Source: a virus | Lineage: Duplodnaviria > Heunggongvirae > Uroviricota > Caudoviricetes > Crassvirales | Direction: 5' to 3' (one strand) | Virus record (IMG/VR): IMGVR_UViG_3300042473_001002 | Length of the DNA: 64,000 nucleotides | Shown: positions 34,959-47,600 of the stretch, in pieces | Position numbering within the stretch: position 1 is the stretch's first letter | How the letters are laid out: each line of letters starts with the position of its first letter | The notes under the pieces: model-generated | Database searches by the model: none | What the model saw: only the letters and a program-made list of their open reading frames with translations | What the model was told of the DNA's origin: nothing | Program-made: the position numbers and the translations under genes

Positions 34959-37900
34959 TTATCGACCCCACCTTGAGTTAAGCCCATTATACATTTCTTC
35001 AGAAGTTACTTCTAATTTACTAATAACAGGAATTAATTTTTCAAATTTTCTTTTTATTTTTAATTCGTCTTTATTTTTACCAGATTCATATCTATCATTA
35101 ATTTCAGCCCAATTCCAAGGTAAAATATATTCAGCTACATCTAATGTTTGTTCAATAATTCTAAGTGACGGAATAGGACTTTTCGTAATTTTAGTAGCTT
35201 CACGAGGATCTCTAAATTGACTTAATTCTGATTCTAAACGTCTTGCTAAAAACGCAACTGTCCATAACCATTCATCATCTCCATCTCCTGCACCACCAGC
35301 CGCTAACATTCCAATTAATGGTAATATTGCTCCAGTTAAAGCTAATTCCATTACAGAACGTTTTATACCAGCTTTTTTATCATTTGATAATTTATTCCAA
35401 TTAGAACTTAATATATCAAATTTAAGTTGTCTTAATGCTGGATAAACTCCGTGTATTAAAAATCTAGCTGTACTTACATAAGAACCTTCTTCAGTAGTTC
35501 TTAATGCATTATTAAAATGAATATCATTTTCAGTTAAATTATCTTGATGTTTATAAAAAGATTGAGCACCTCTAAATCTAGCTACAGCTTGAGGTATTAA
35601 ATAACGTCTAAATAACATTATCATTTTACCCCACCAATGTCTATAAGCCTCAGGTTGTAAATTAGAATCATAATTACCCATTGTATCAAATATTTTCTTT
35701 TTTACAAATAATAATAATTGTTCTTTACCACCTTCATTAATTTTAGAATTTAAACTTCTAGTTGTATAAACAACTTTATCATTCATTCTAACAATACCTT
35801 TATCATCTTTAGCTAACATATCTAAAACTGATATTGCTTTATCTTCTTTTACAATATTACCATCTTTATCAATATAGTTATTATTAGCATCCATAACTTT
35901 AATAGATTCTAATGTAGCCAATACCATAACAGATTGAACATAATGTTCACCTCCAGAATGTAATATTTGTAAAGATTCAAAATTAATTGCTGTTTTAGCA
36001 ATAGTGTTTTTAATAAATTCTTGTTGTTGAACTGTAAATCCACCAAATGTATCAAACATTTGATTAACTTGATTTACAAATGATTGTTTAACTGGTCTAG
36101 AATAATCTCCAATAATATTTGCAAAATCTTTAGTATAAATTTCATGAGCTTTTTTAACAGAACCTTTAGCTAAATGATTACCTGCAACCCTTTCTAAAAA
36201 TATTTGAGCTTGAGCATTAAGAATATTTGCTGCTGCAGAAAATGTGTTTAAAGATAAACCTACAGAAGAAACCCATCCATTAGCTGTGCTAATAACTTTA
36301 TTAATATCTAATGGACCTAATTTACCATATGTAATATTAAATAAATCATAAATATTTTTTTCAATTAAATTATTAATCATTTGATACTCATTAGAATCAA
36401 TACCTCTTTTAGTAGATTCTTGTTCTCTTTTAGCAAATTTATTTAAAATAGATATTCCTCCTACAGTTTTATTATAATATTCTTTATTTTTAGCAACCAT
36501 TTTAATAGCTTCAACTTGTAATGAAATAGCTTGCTTTTCTTTATAATTTATACCATTAATTCTATTTAAACGATTAATTGTAAATAAGTCTAATGATTGT
36601 TGATCTGGACTAATATCACCTCTGTAATGAACTCTTAACATATTTACAGAATTACCTTTACTATCTAAACGTTGTTTAACATATCCAATATCATCAGGTC
36701 TAATTTCAGTTAAATCTTTAATTTTATCTTTAACAATACCTTTTAAATTACCTTCAATAGTTCTTTCTACATCAGATTTAGTTACAGAAGGTAAATTATA
36801 ATAATTAATACCAATAAAAGGTTGTATTAATGATTGAATACTATTAGTTTGAGAATCTGTAGTTTTAGTATCATTAATAAAATGATTAAGAACTTCTTTT
36901 TCAATTTTACTTAATTTAGATAAATCATTTTTCCATTTACTTGTAGGTACTAAAACACCGTCTTTAAGAGTAGTATTTTCTTTTTTCCATTTAGCAAATT
37001 TATCTTTAGCTTTAATATATTCAGCATCTTTAAAATTATTTTCAGAAGCTGTGTATTTAGCATTTTTGTCTGCCTTTAATTTTTGAAATTCTTCTTTAAA
37101 TTTAATAGAATATTCTCCTTTATAATAAGCTTTTCCAGTACTATCAAATTCTAATAAATTAGCATATAATTTAGTAGGTACACTAGTTCCTTTTTCTTTA
37201 ACTAAACTTTCAAATAATTTAGCATCTTTAAAATCACCCTCTCTAGTTTGCTCAATAGTTTTTTCTCTAGCTTGAGTTAATAAATTCATTGTTATACTAA
37301 CTAATCTAGAATTATTATTAATAGCATCCATAAATTTAACAGAAGCTGAAGATATGTCTGTACCAATTCCATTTAATAAAAATTCAATTTCTTTATCTAA
37401 ATCAATTTGAATTTCATCTTTAAATGTAGTATTCATTTGTTGAGCAACCCATTCAGTTTGACTAATATTATTTAAACCTCTTTGTTTAAATTCCTTACTT
37501 AATCTTTCTTTCCAATTATTTTCAACTTGAGGTAAATAATTAATATTATTTAATTGAGTTTTAAGAATATCTTTTAATTTACTATTGAGTCTTTTTTCTA
37601 ATAAATCATGTTTACCTGTTGCATCAGAAATACTTTTTTCTATTTCATCAACAAGTTCTTGACCAACTTCATCAATTTTATCTTGATTTAAAGATGTAAT
37701 TAAAGTTGAAACATCTTCAATTAAATCATAAGAAGACATATAACTTTTATATAATTCAATTATTTCTAAACCGTTAGCTTGAGTTAAATCTTCACCTTTA
37801 AGTCTAGTTTCTAATTGTTCAATAGTTGACAACATTGATTTAGTATAAACAGCTACACCTTTCCATTGATTAATACTATCAACTTTTTCAATTTCAGCAA

Positions 37901-40900
37901 TTAATTCTTTAATATGTTGTTCAAATTTAGCACCTTTAGATTCATTATTTTTTTTATATGATTTACTACGTTCTAATAAATTATCTAAATTATCTTTAGC
38001 TTTATTTAAAGTTTTTTCAAGTCTATTTTCAATTGTTTCAATTTTAGATCTAGAAGATACTATTTTATTAGCAAATAAAGTTCGTTGTAAATTAGTTCCT
38101 CTATAATCTCGTCTATCTTGTTGAACATAATCAATAATTTCTTCAATAAGATTATCAGTTTCTTTAGTTTTAGCTAATCCAAATAAACGTCTTAAAGACT
38201 CTATAAATTGTTTCCAATATGAAGTATTATTTTCTTTATCTAAACTCTTTAATTCATCTCTAAATGATTTATTTGCATATATTTCAGCTACAAATTCTTT
38301 TTCATTAGTAAAACCATATCTTGCTTTATCATCGTCATAAGTACCAGTTTCATCAAGTTGTTTTTGAACTTGTTTATTCCAATACTTTTCATACATTTCT
38401 TTAATTAATTTAGCAAATTCTTTTTCTTCAAATGTAATTGGATTTAATAATGCTTGTAATGTTTGAGCATGTGCTAATTCATGAATAAAAGACATAACTA
38501 CTTCATCAGTAGTAAAATTATTTAATCTATTTCTATTTACTTGAATTGTATTAGTTTCACTATTAATTTGCATAACAGTATCTTTATCTACTAATTGTTG
38601 TTCAGAAACAAATTGAAATTTAGCTCCAGTTCTACCAATCAATCTTCGAGCTTTTTCTAATAATTCAATACCTGTAGGAGATAAATTTTTATAATTATTA
38701 AGAATGTTTTCAAGAATTTCATCTACAGTAATTTTACCTTGTTGATTATTAAATAAAACTCTATTATTTTCAATAGAATAATTTGTTTCTTCAACAGCAG
38801 GAACTTCAGTATTTTTATTCCAATCTAATTCATTTTTTTTAGACCCTTTAAGATTGTTAAAATCTACACTTGGTATTTTTTGAAATGGTAATTCATCTCC
38901 ATCAAAACCTAATTCTCTATTTTTTTGAGCTATTTTATTAACTAATACAACTTCACTTCTAATTAAACTTCTAGGTTGTTTTTTAGCTACTTCTTTTAAT
39001 GCAGCTATTTTAGTATTAATTAAAGCTTGATTTTTTTCATAACCTTCTCTAAATTTTCTTATTTCTTTTTTATTAGATTTAAAACTTTTTTCAATAACAC
39101 CTAAATATTCTCCGTTTTCATCAAAAACTTCTTCATATTGATTTTCTTCATAATATAAATCATCAGGCATTGGTTCATAAATACTACCATCTTCGTGAAT
39201 ATAATAATTATTATAAGAAATATTTAAATACTCTTTTTTAATACTTTCAATACTTTCTGTTAAAGTTTCATTAGTTTGAGTTGGTTGAATACCTACTTGT
39301 CTATCATAAATTTTAACACTAACTGGAAAAGGAATATCATCTCTATTTTTTACAAAATCTCTATGTATAGCTAATTGATTATAATAATAATCCCAAGCTT
39401 CTTGCTCTGTATTAAAAATTTTAGAAGACAATACTTCATCTGTATTTGGATCAGTTTTTATTATTGAAAAAACTTTTTCTTTTTTACTATTTTTAATTTC
39501 AGGTTTAACTAATTTACCATATTTTTGGTCTAATATTTTATTAATACCATCGATAATTTTTTTAGTAGTATAAGGAATATCTTCATCATACTCAAGTCTA
39601 AAATTATTACCTGTTAATGCAATACCAAGTTCATTATGATGATGTGCTAAATCATCTACAATAGATGCTAAATTAGGTTGTACTGAATTTACATTAGATA
39701 AAGAAGGATATTTAGTGTAACTAACTCCAAGTAATTCAGATTTTTTATCTTTATTAACTTTTTCAGAAGCATCCCAAACACTACCACTATAAACATCTAT
39801 ATTAGATGCCCATAATATATCTTTAGATTGAGGATATATTTTAAATTTAATTTTACCTCCACCTCCTTCAAGATGACCAATAGTTTTATCAACTGGTTTA
39901 GTAAATGCAGAAATAGCAAATTTACCTCCAGCTTTTTTATTATCTTCTATATGAGATAATAAATTTTGCATCATAAGATTTACATCAAATGATGAATAAG
40001 CTCCTACAACAGAACTAAATTCTTGACCTCTTGAATAGATTTCTTCAGGATTATATTTAATATTGTTTACTTTTTTCCACTCTTCTATAATTTCTTTAGA
40101 TTGTTCATATTCTTTGTTTTTTTCTATAAAATTAGCAATATTATAATTGTCTTCATATTCAAGTATTTCTAAATCAGGATTTGTATTTTTATATAACATA
40201 GCCTCTTTTAAAGTTTTAAATTCTTTTCTTTTAAAAGTTTTTACATTTACTACCTCAAACCCTCTTTTATTGTTTATTTTAACATTACTTAAATCAACAT
40301 CTTCAACACTTTTAGCTAATTGACTGATATGGTTGCTTGCTTCTGCATAAGTTTTAAACTTCATATTATCAGGAGTAGTATATTCTACTTCATTACCAGG
40401 TAGTATAAGTTTACTATTAGAATAAGCTAATAAATCTGATAAATCTCCTAATGTCATATTATCAGGTAATTTATCAATATCAACTTCCTTCTGATTAATT
40501 AAAGAACGAATAAATTGTTTCATTTCTTTAAGTAATCTTTTAAGTAAAGATATTAATTTACCATCTTTAACATTATCAAGTTTCTCAGCAGTCATTAAAC
40601 CTAATAGTTCTACAATAGCTTCTTCTTGTTGTTCTTCTAAAGTATATTTAAAAGGGGTGTTTTTTTTATTTAAATGTTCTTTAGCTTTTTCTAAATCAAA
40701 AGAATTAAATATATCATCAGTACTATAATTTTCATTTTTATCAACTACTTTATAATATTTTGTATATTCATCTTGAATAATTTTATATGTTTCTTTTATT
40801 TCTTTAAATTGATAATCTTTTTTAATTCTATCTAATACTTCTTTACCTTTACCTGTTTCAAGTTCTTTAAGTAAGTTTTGGTATAAATTAGTTGAATCTT

Positions 40901-41630
40901 TTAATAAAACATCTTTTATTTTTTTAACAAATTCTTTACCTTCTTCTTGAGTTTTAAATTTTTTATTATAAAAGGTTTCACCATCTTCTACTTCTTTATC
41001 AAACAAATGTTTAACTTTATTTTGAGATTCTGTATCTTTTAATGACTTTAAATCTATAAAGTATTCTGGATTTTCTTTAGTTCCATAATTATTAAAATCA
41101 CTTTCTAAAAAAACTTCTAACTCTTTATGTGATTTTTTATTTTTAATAGCTCTAATAATAGGATGTCCTAATATTTCGTGAATAGGTGTGTCAAGTGTAG
41201 CATAAGCTAAGTTAACATAAGCTACGTTATTTTCAATTTTACCTTTATAATCTTTAGTTCTATCAGATTCAAATTTAACAGTCATACCAATTCTATCTGC
41301 AATTCTAGCAGATAAATCTCTAATGGTTTGTTCAGAAGCAATTATACCTTGATCTGAAACAGATTGAGTATTTTGGTAAAAAATACCTTTAGCATTATCT
41401 ATTTTCTTAAAAGCTTCTTTATTAGCAACAGCTTTATCATTTTCATTATAAAACAATTTACCTTCAATACCAAATCTTTCTACAGCATCTACAGTCCATT
41501 TTTTATTAAGTCTATTAAATACATTAACATCTAATATATTTAAAAATTTATCAATAGCCCCCTTAGTTCGTAAGGAGGCTTTACTTGATGCTTCTGCGGT
41601 TTTAAATTTTTGTTTATCTTTACAACTCAT
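34959..41630 (-). CDS. giant virion-associated protein (2223 aa) with an internal HExxH zincin-like motif
   Basis: A 6.7 kb uninterrupted ORF. FIHELAHAQT…E at residue ~1050 is coded at + 38470..38484. Coiled-coil-rich. Confidence 0.6.
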   Translation of the reverse strand: MSCKDKQKFKTAEASSKASLRTKGAIDKFLNILDVNVFNRLNKKWTVDAVERFGIEGKLFYNENDKAVANKEAFKKIDNAKGIFYQNTQSVSDQGIIASEQTIRDLSARIADRIGMTVKFESDRTKDYKGKIENNVAYVNLAYATLDTPIHEILGHPIIRAIKNKKSHKELEVFLESDFNNYGTKENPEYFIDLKSLKDTESQNKVKHLFDKEVEDGETFYNKKFKTQEEGKEFVKKIKDVLLKDSTNLYQNLLKELETGKGKEVLDRIKKDYQFKEIKETYKIIQDEYTKYYKVVDKNENYSTDDIFNSFDLEKAKEHLNKKNTPFKYTLEEQQEEAIVELLGLMTAEKLDNVKDGKLISLLKRLLKEMKQFIRSLINQKEVDIDKLPDNMTLGDLSDLLAYSNSKLILPGNEVEYTTPDNMKFKTYAEASNHISQLAKSVEDVDLSNVKINNKRGFEVVNVKTFKRKEFKTLKEAMLYKNTNPDLEILEYEDNYNIANFIEKNKEYEQSKEIIEEWKKVNNIKYNPEEIYSRGQEFSSVVGAYSSFDVNLMMQNLLSHIEDNKKAGGKFAISAFTKPVDKTIGHLEGGGGKIKFKIYPQSKDILWASNIDVYSGSVWDASEKVNKDKKSELLGVSYTKYPSLSNVNSVQPNLASIVDDLAHHHNELGIALTGNNFRLEYDEDIPYTTKKIIDGINKILDQKYGKLVKPEIKNSKKEKVFSIIKTDPNTDEVLSSKIFNTEQEAWDYYYNQLAIHRDFVKNRDDIPFPVSVKIYDRQVGIQPTQTNETLTESIESIKKEYLNISYNNYYIHEDGSIYEPMPDDLYYEENQYEEVFDENGEYLGVIEKSFKSNKKEIRKFREGYEKNQALINTKIAALKEVAKKQPRSLIRSEVVLVNKIAQKNRELGFDGDELPFQKIPSVDFNNLKGSKKNELDWNKNTEVPAVEETNYSIENNRVLFNNQQGKITVDEILENILNNYKNLSPTGIELLEKARRLIGRTGAKFQFVSEQQLVDKDTVMQINSETNTIQVNRNRLNNFTTDEVVMSFIHELAHAQTLQALLNPITFEEKEFAKLIKEMYEKYWNKQVQKQLDETGTYDDDKARYGFTNEKEFVAEIYANKSFRDELKSLDKENNTSYWKQFIESLRRLFGLAKTKETDNLIEEIIDYVQQDRRDYRGTNLQRTLFANKIVSSRSKIETIENRLEKTLNKAKDNLDNLLERSKSYKKNNESKGAKFEQHIKELIAEIEKVDSINQWKGVAVYTKSMLSTIEQLETRLKGEDLTQANGLEIIELYKSYMSSYDLIEDVSTLITSLNQDKIDEVGQELVDEIEKSISDATGKHDLLEKRLNSKLKDILKTQLNNINYLPQVENNWKERLSKEFKQRGLNNISQTEWVAQQMNTTFKDEIQIDLDKEIEFLLNGIGTDISSASVKFMDAINNNSRLVSITMNLLTQAREKTIEQTREGDFKDAKLFESLVKEKGTSVPTKLYANLLEFDSTGKAYYKGEYSIKFKEEFQKLKADKNAKYTASENNFKDAEYIKAKDKFAKWKKENTTLKDGVLVPTSKWKNDLSKLSKIEKEVLNHFINDTKTTDSQTNSIQSLIQPFIGINYYNLPSVTKSDVERTIEGNLKGIVKDKIKDLTEIRPDDIGYVKQRLDSKGNSVNMLRVHYRGDISPDQQSLDLFTINRLNRINGINYKEKQAISLQVEAIKMVAKNKEYYNKTVGGISILNKFAKREQESTKRGIDSNEYQMINNLIEKNIYDLFNITYGKLGPLDINKVISTANGWVSSVGLSLNTFSAAANILNAQAQIFLERVAGNHLAKGSVKKAHEIYTKDFANIIGDYSRPVKQSFVNQVNQMFDTFGGFTVQQQEFIKNTIAKTAINFESLQILHSGGEHYVQSVMVLATLESIKVMDANNNYIDKDGNIVKEDKAISVLDMLAKDDKGIVRMNDKVVYTTRSLNSKINEGGKEQLLLFVKKKIFDTMGNYDSNLQPEAYRHWWGKMIMLFRRYLIPQAVARFRGAQSFYKHQDNLTENDIHFNNALRTTEEGSYVSTARFLIHGVYPALRQLKFDILSSNWNKLSNDKKAGIKRSVMELALTGAILPLIGMLAAGGAGDGDDEWLWTVAFLARRLESELSQFRDPREATKITKSPIPSLRIIEQTLDVAEYILPWNWAEINDRYESGKNKDELKIKRKFEKLIPVISKLEVTSEEMYNGLNSRWGR

Positions 41631-41639
41631 ATTTTTTTA

Positions 41640-44600
41640 TTAAAATGGTACACACGTATCATCATTATCTTCATTTTGCCAATCATCTTCAACACTTTTC
41701 TTTAAAGGAATTAAATCAATATCTTCATTTACTTCATTTTTTACTGTAAAATAAGAATCCTTAATTTTAATAATTGTACCAGTAGGTAATTGTTTTCCAC
41801 CAAAAGTACCGTCTTTTTTTTGACCTTCTATTTTAGCAATAGCGTCATCTTCGTTATCAAATATATATTCAGTTTTAGGTTTAACTTCTAATTCTTCTGC
41901 TGTAGCACCAAATAAACTTAATTGATCACCTTGAGATTTACTTGGTAATGTATCAAATACAGGAGTTTTAGATTCATTCAAATTATTATCTTTTTTAATT
42001 ATAATATTTTCTCTATAAAATATATCTCTAGAAATAACAGCTTCATTATTTAATAATTCTATTTGTTTTTTATCAACAGATTTAGCTACTTCAGGATTGG
42101 TTTCAGTAATAGCTTTTAAATTAATACCATTAGTATCAAAATTTACAATTCTATTACCTTTTTTATCTCTAACATTAAGAGGTTTAATTTCAGAAAATTC
42201 ACTATTAATATTAGGAATAAATCTAGTATAAACACCTTGATAATTTGAATTATATCCAATTAATTTATAATAAATATCTAGATCATCGTTAGATTTTTTA
42301 ACTCTATAATAACCTACTTTTCCAGGTTTTTTAACTACAAAACCATTAATAGTTTTTAATTCTTTTTGAATTTGACCATCTGTTATATTTTTAACAAATT
42401 TTCTATTATCTAAATTAGATAAATAAAATTGATCTATAAAATTAACATCGTTATCTTCATTATAATTTTTATATTTAGTATCAGAATCTATAATATATCT
42501 ATTAATATTATTTCTACTAAACCATTGTGTAGGTATCATATTAAAAAATTGAGTAGATGTGTTATTAAATCCAGAAGTTAAATATGAATATTTAATAAGT
42601 TTATTTGCAAATTCTTCATTATCGTTTAATAAATCTAAAAATGAATTAATCATACTTTCTTCAAATTCTTTAGATTTTTTTCTATTATTTAGTCCAACAA
42701 ATTCAAAACTATCTCCAGGTTTAACAGTAATTTGTTCTGTTATAATATATGAATTATTATTTTTAAAAGTTTCAAACTCTTTAGGAAAATTTAAAATTAA
42801 ATCTCTCCTTTCTTTACTAGTTATTTTAAGTGGTTGAAAACCTGACATTATATAACTATAAAAAGTTTTACCTAATTGCTTACCTAATTCATTATCTAAT
42901 AAAATTTCATTATTAATATCTTTAGAAATTTCATTAAATGTATTTTGAATAGTTTCATTACCTTCTAAAAATAATATAGGATTAGATTTAACAATATCTA
43001 TAGATTTTAATATTACATTTTTATAATACTTACTAAACATACTTTCAGAACCATTTGGATTTGTAAATTTAGAATTAAAACCTAATATTAAGTTTCCTCT
43101 AAAATTATCTTTATCTTCTTCAGATAAATTATTATATTTATCTTCAGCATCTAAAATTGAATCTACTGCATTTTTAGCAATCATTAAAGAATTAATACTA
43201 CCACCAACTCCATTTACCATAAACTTAGAAGCATCAATATTAGTTTTAATAGCTTTAGATGCAGCTTGATATTGTAAAAAAGTATTAAACACATCCATTT
43301 GAAAACTTTCATCATTTTTAATAACATTTTCTCTTAAATCTTTTAATGATTTACTAAAAATATTAGTTTTATTAGTATTATCATAATTATCTTTTCCAAA
43401 TTTCTGTTTTATAAATTCATCAGAAGTGCTAATATTTTGATTATCTGAACTTTCATATTGTTCAGAAAATTCTACATATTCTTTAATAACTGGTTGGGCT
43501 AAAAAAGCATTTACATAAAATGGATGTACACCTTTACGAAGTAATAAATTACCTGTATTAGTTGTCATAGTTACCCAGTTACCTTCTGTGATATATGGAT
43601 CTTTAGCTATATCAACAAATGCATTAAGAATTGCAGATAATGAATTACTAATTTTAACAGATTTTAAAGTATTAACTTGTTCTTTAGAAAGATTTAATTC
43701 TTTAGCATAATAATCTAAATCAGATTGTGATAATTCTTGTGAATATTCTTGATCTAAATTAAGATTACTTTTAGGTACATTAAAATTAGTTATACTTAAA
43801 TTTGCTAAACTTCCTAATACATAATCCATTAATGCATTAGCTTGTTGACCTACACCAGCTTTACCAGCTAAAAAACTATATTTAACATCTATATCTTTTA
43901 ATTGATTAAATGTAGATAAGTTAGTTGTAGGTGCTACTTTAGCAATACTTCTAATATCATTTTTAATATAATCAAAATCTACAGGTGTCATTACTTCACC
44001 AATAACATTTTCATTAAGTAAAACAGATTTATATAATTCAATTAATCTATTTTGTAAAGCTGCTTTAGTTTGTTCTGAATCAGGTTTAGAATTGTCATAA
44101 TTTTCATATCTAAGTTTGGAAACCTTTGTAATTTCAGTTTCTTCTTTTATATAATTTAATAAAGGACTTTCTTTTTTAGTTTTTAAAATAATATCAACAA
44201 ATAAACTAATGTTATCTTTTAATAATAAATCTTCTTCATCTGTAATATCACTTATATCTAAATTTAAAAGACTTTCACTAAATTCATCAACATTAAAATC
44301 TGTATCATAATCAGGATTAATTTGATCAATTACCGCGTTAATATTATCAATTGTTTCTAATTTTGTTTTACCTCTTAAATTTTTATAAACATAATTTCTT
44401 AATTTTTTATTAATATTATATTGAGGTTTAAAACTTGGAAACATTAAATACATCTTGTCTATATCATAGTCACTGCCTGTCTTGGTAGTAATACCTGTAT
44501 AAGCTACAACAGTATCTCCATTTTCTTCAGGAAGAATACCTACTATTTCTAAAGCATCATTAGATGATAAACCTTGATTAGGAATTCTATATCCAACAAT

Positions 44601-47600
44601 ATTCTCTAATATTTTTCTATCAATAATACCATTTACAAATTCACCATTTTCATTAGTATAACCAAATAATTGTTCTGGTTTATATTTATGATAATCTGGA
44701 ATATATTTAGCAATAAAACTACCTGATATTAGTATTCCACCAGGTCTAATTATTTTCTTACCATTTTCAGATAATATAAATTTACCTTTTTCATCTCTAA
44801 GAAACTGTGGTTCATGTGTAGTTTTTAATGCTCTAGGACTCCATATAATAGATTGTGTTTTGGGACTATCTGAATATAAACCAAAGTTACTCATTTGAAT
44901 AAATGAGCCACCATTAGTTTTAATTTTAAGCATTCTTTTAGTTAAAATAGAACTAAATATATTTTGTAATTTGTCTTTAGCTTGAGCAACACCATAAATA
45001 CTAATTTCAGATTCTAAAGCGTCAATAATATTTTGTGAACCTCCTCTAGATTTTAATTCAGATACGATAGAATTATAGAAACCTTCAAGATTAGTTATAA
45101 CTCCATTAGAATCAACTCCAAATTCTTTTAATACTGATTCATATCCTAAATTAGATAATTCTCCAACTACATTAGCAATATTTTCAATTACTTGATTACC
45201 TGAAATACTTTCATTATCTAAAGTAAAATCTTTATCTAAATTAAAAGCAAGACCTTGAAATATATTCTTTTGAATTTGAGAACCTACTTCAGTATCATGC
45301 ATTGTTTTAATAGGTAGGTCTTGTTGAAGTTTCCATCCATTAGAAGGTATAGAAAATGGTTCAAATTGAAAATTATCTTTAAGTGAACCATCAATATTAT
45401 GAATTTTAATTGGTTTATTAGAACCTACTTTAATTGCGTCAAATGTAACTAATTCATCAATTTCTTGAGAAACCATTTGATTGTATATTTTTTCAAGACC
45501 ATTACCTTTACGTAATCTTGGTGATAAAACTGCTTGTGAATATTTTAAAAATATAGGAACTCCATCAACTACTTGAAAATAAACTCCTTTTAATGGTGGA
45601 GCTACAGCTTTTAATTCATTTAAAGTAAAAGGTTCATTATTATCTCCTATTAATTTATTATACGCAGATTCATACGTTGCATTCCATTTACCAATTGTTT
45701 GCATTAAATCTTTCCATCTATTAGGACTTATCCAAGCTTGAGCATCTGCAGAATTAATATCTTTGTATTTATTTCCTAAAGTTTCACCTAATAATTCAGT
45801 TATTTCAGGTAAAAATGGACTATCTATTTCAACACTTTCAATTGAAGCAATTGTATAATTTTTATTATCATTATTTAATCTTTGATATAGACCATCTGTA
45901 TATGTCGCAGGAACTCTTTTTTTATAATCTACTGCATTTTTATAATATGCAACATCTCCTGCAAACATTTTAGAATATTCAACATGAGATATTAAAGAAT
46001 TAATAAAGAAATCTGCAGATGCTTTTAAAGCATTATTAGAACCATAAGAACTCCATATTTTATCATCTAATTCTTTATTAACAATACCTTCTGAAGTTTC
46101 TTCAAATATTTTATTTTTAATTAAGTTATCTAAAGTTTCTTGAATACCATTTGATAATTCATTTGCAATATATGATTTAATATCAGATTCAAATTTTGAA
46201 TTTTTTAATGTACTAAGATAAGCATTACCATTTTCATCATATATATTTTTAAAATCTAAATTAGAATTTTTTAAAGTGTCAGTAATTTTATCAAAAGATA
46301 AAGATGGAAATAATTGTGATTTAAATGCATGACCTAATAACTGTTTATTACCCTCTACATCATATGCGTTGTAATCAGCTAAATTATTAAAGTAAGTTCT
46401 CTTTGAAGTTTTAGGATCAAAATGCATTCCTACACTACCTTTTCTATCTGTATGATAATATACTCTTAATTTATCAGCATTATTAGGATCTTTCATAAAC
46501 TCAAGTTCAAATTTCATCCTTTTATATTCAGCATCAAAATAATTAAATATTGTATTAATTACCTCTTCATTTACAACAATATCTCTATTACCAGTACCAT
46601 ATCTTGCATTAGATTTTAAATATCTATTAATTGATATTTCTAATTGAGTTCCTTTATCAGCAGGAGTAGTTGTTCTATAATAAGTTTTTCTATTAACTGT
46701 AAATCCTAATAATTTATTTATTGTATCAGAAATATATTCAGCTTTAGAAATATCTTTATTTGTTTTACCATCAATAGAATTACCTTCTTCTTGGGATGTA
46801 TTAAAAGTATAAATATCTAAATCATTAATACGTCTTTGAGATTCTTTAATTCTCTCTTGTTCTTGAACAGGTTGTGGTAAAAAATCATTAACTTGATAAG
46901 TATCATCTAAAGCTAATAAATATTTCATCCAATCCGAACCTTCGTTAAATTTAGAAACTTCATAATGTTTTAATAAAATATTTCTATCTTTTTTCCAAGA
47001 TTTGATAGTATTAGATAAATACGAAGGATATGAATATACCCATTTTTGTTTACCTGCTGTAAATACAGAAGCATCTGAACCTTCAGATATATAAAAAGAT
47101 TCTGCTTTAGCTAATTGTTTAAATAAATTTTGATCTGATAAAATATTATTGTAATTAGTATTTTTATTTTCAATTATATTTTTAACAAAAAAACTTAAAT
47201 CTGTAACAGCTTTATTAAATATTTTTTCAGATAATTCATTATCATTATTAATTAATTTTAAATCATCTATAAAATGTTGAAATCCTTTAGTAGTATTTTC
47301 TACACCAATATCTCTCAAAATATCAACAATTCTTTTAATATTGTCTTCTTGATTATATTTTATTTTATTTAAATTTAATTGAATTACTTTTAATTTATCT
47401 TTAGATTCTTTAGTAATTGTAGAACCTTCTTTTGTTTCAGTAACAAATCTAGATTTAAAATTTTTATTCCATTCATTAAAAATATCTGTTTCTTTTTTAC
47501 CAGTTTCAGATACATTTATATTTTTAAAAGTTTTAATTAAAGGTTTAATAGTTCTTACAATATTATTTTGATCTACAACAGTAACCCAATCAGATTCATT

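Noticed and set aside
35011-41177. A second metallopeptidase motif, HEILGH, at residue 151 of the 2223 aa protein.
   Set aside because: The spacing is HExxxH, not HExxH, so it does not fit the zincin signature.
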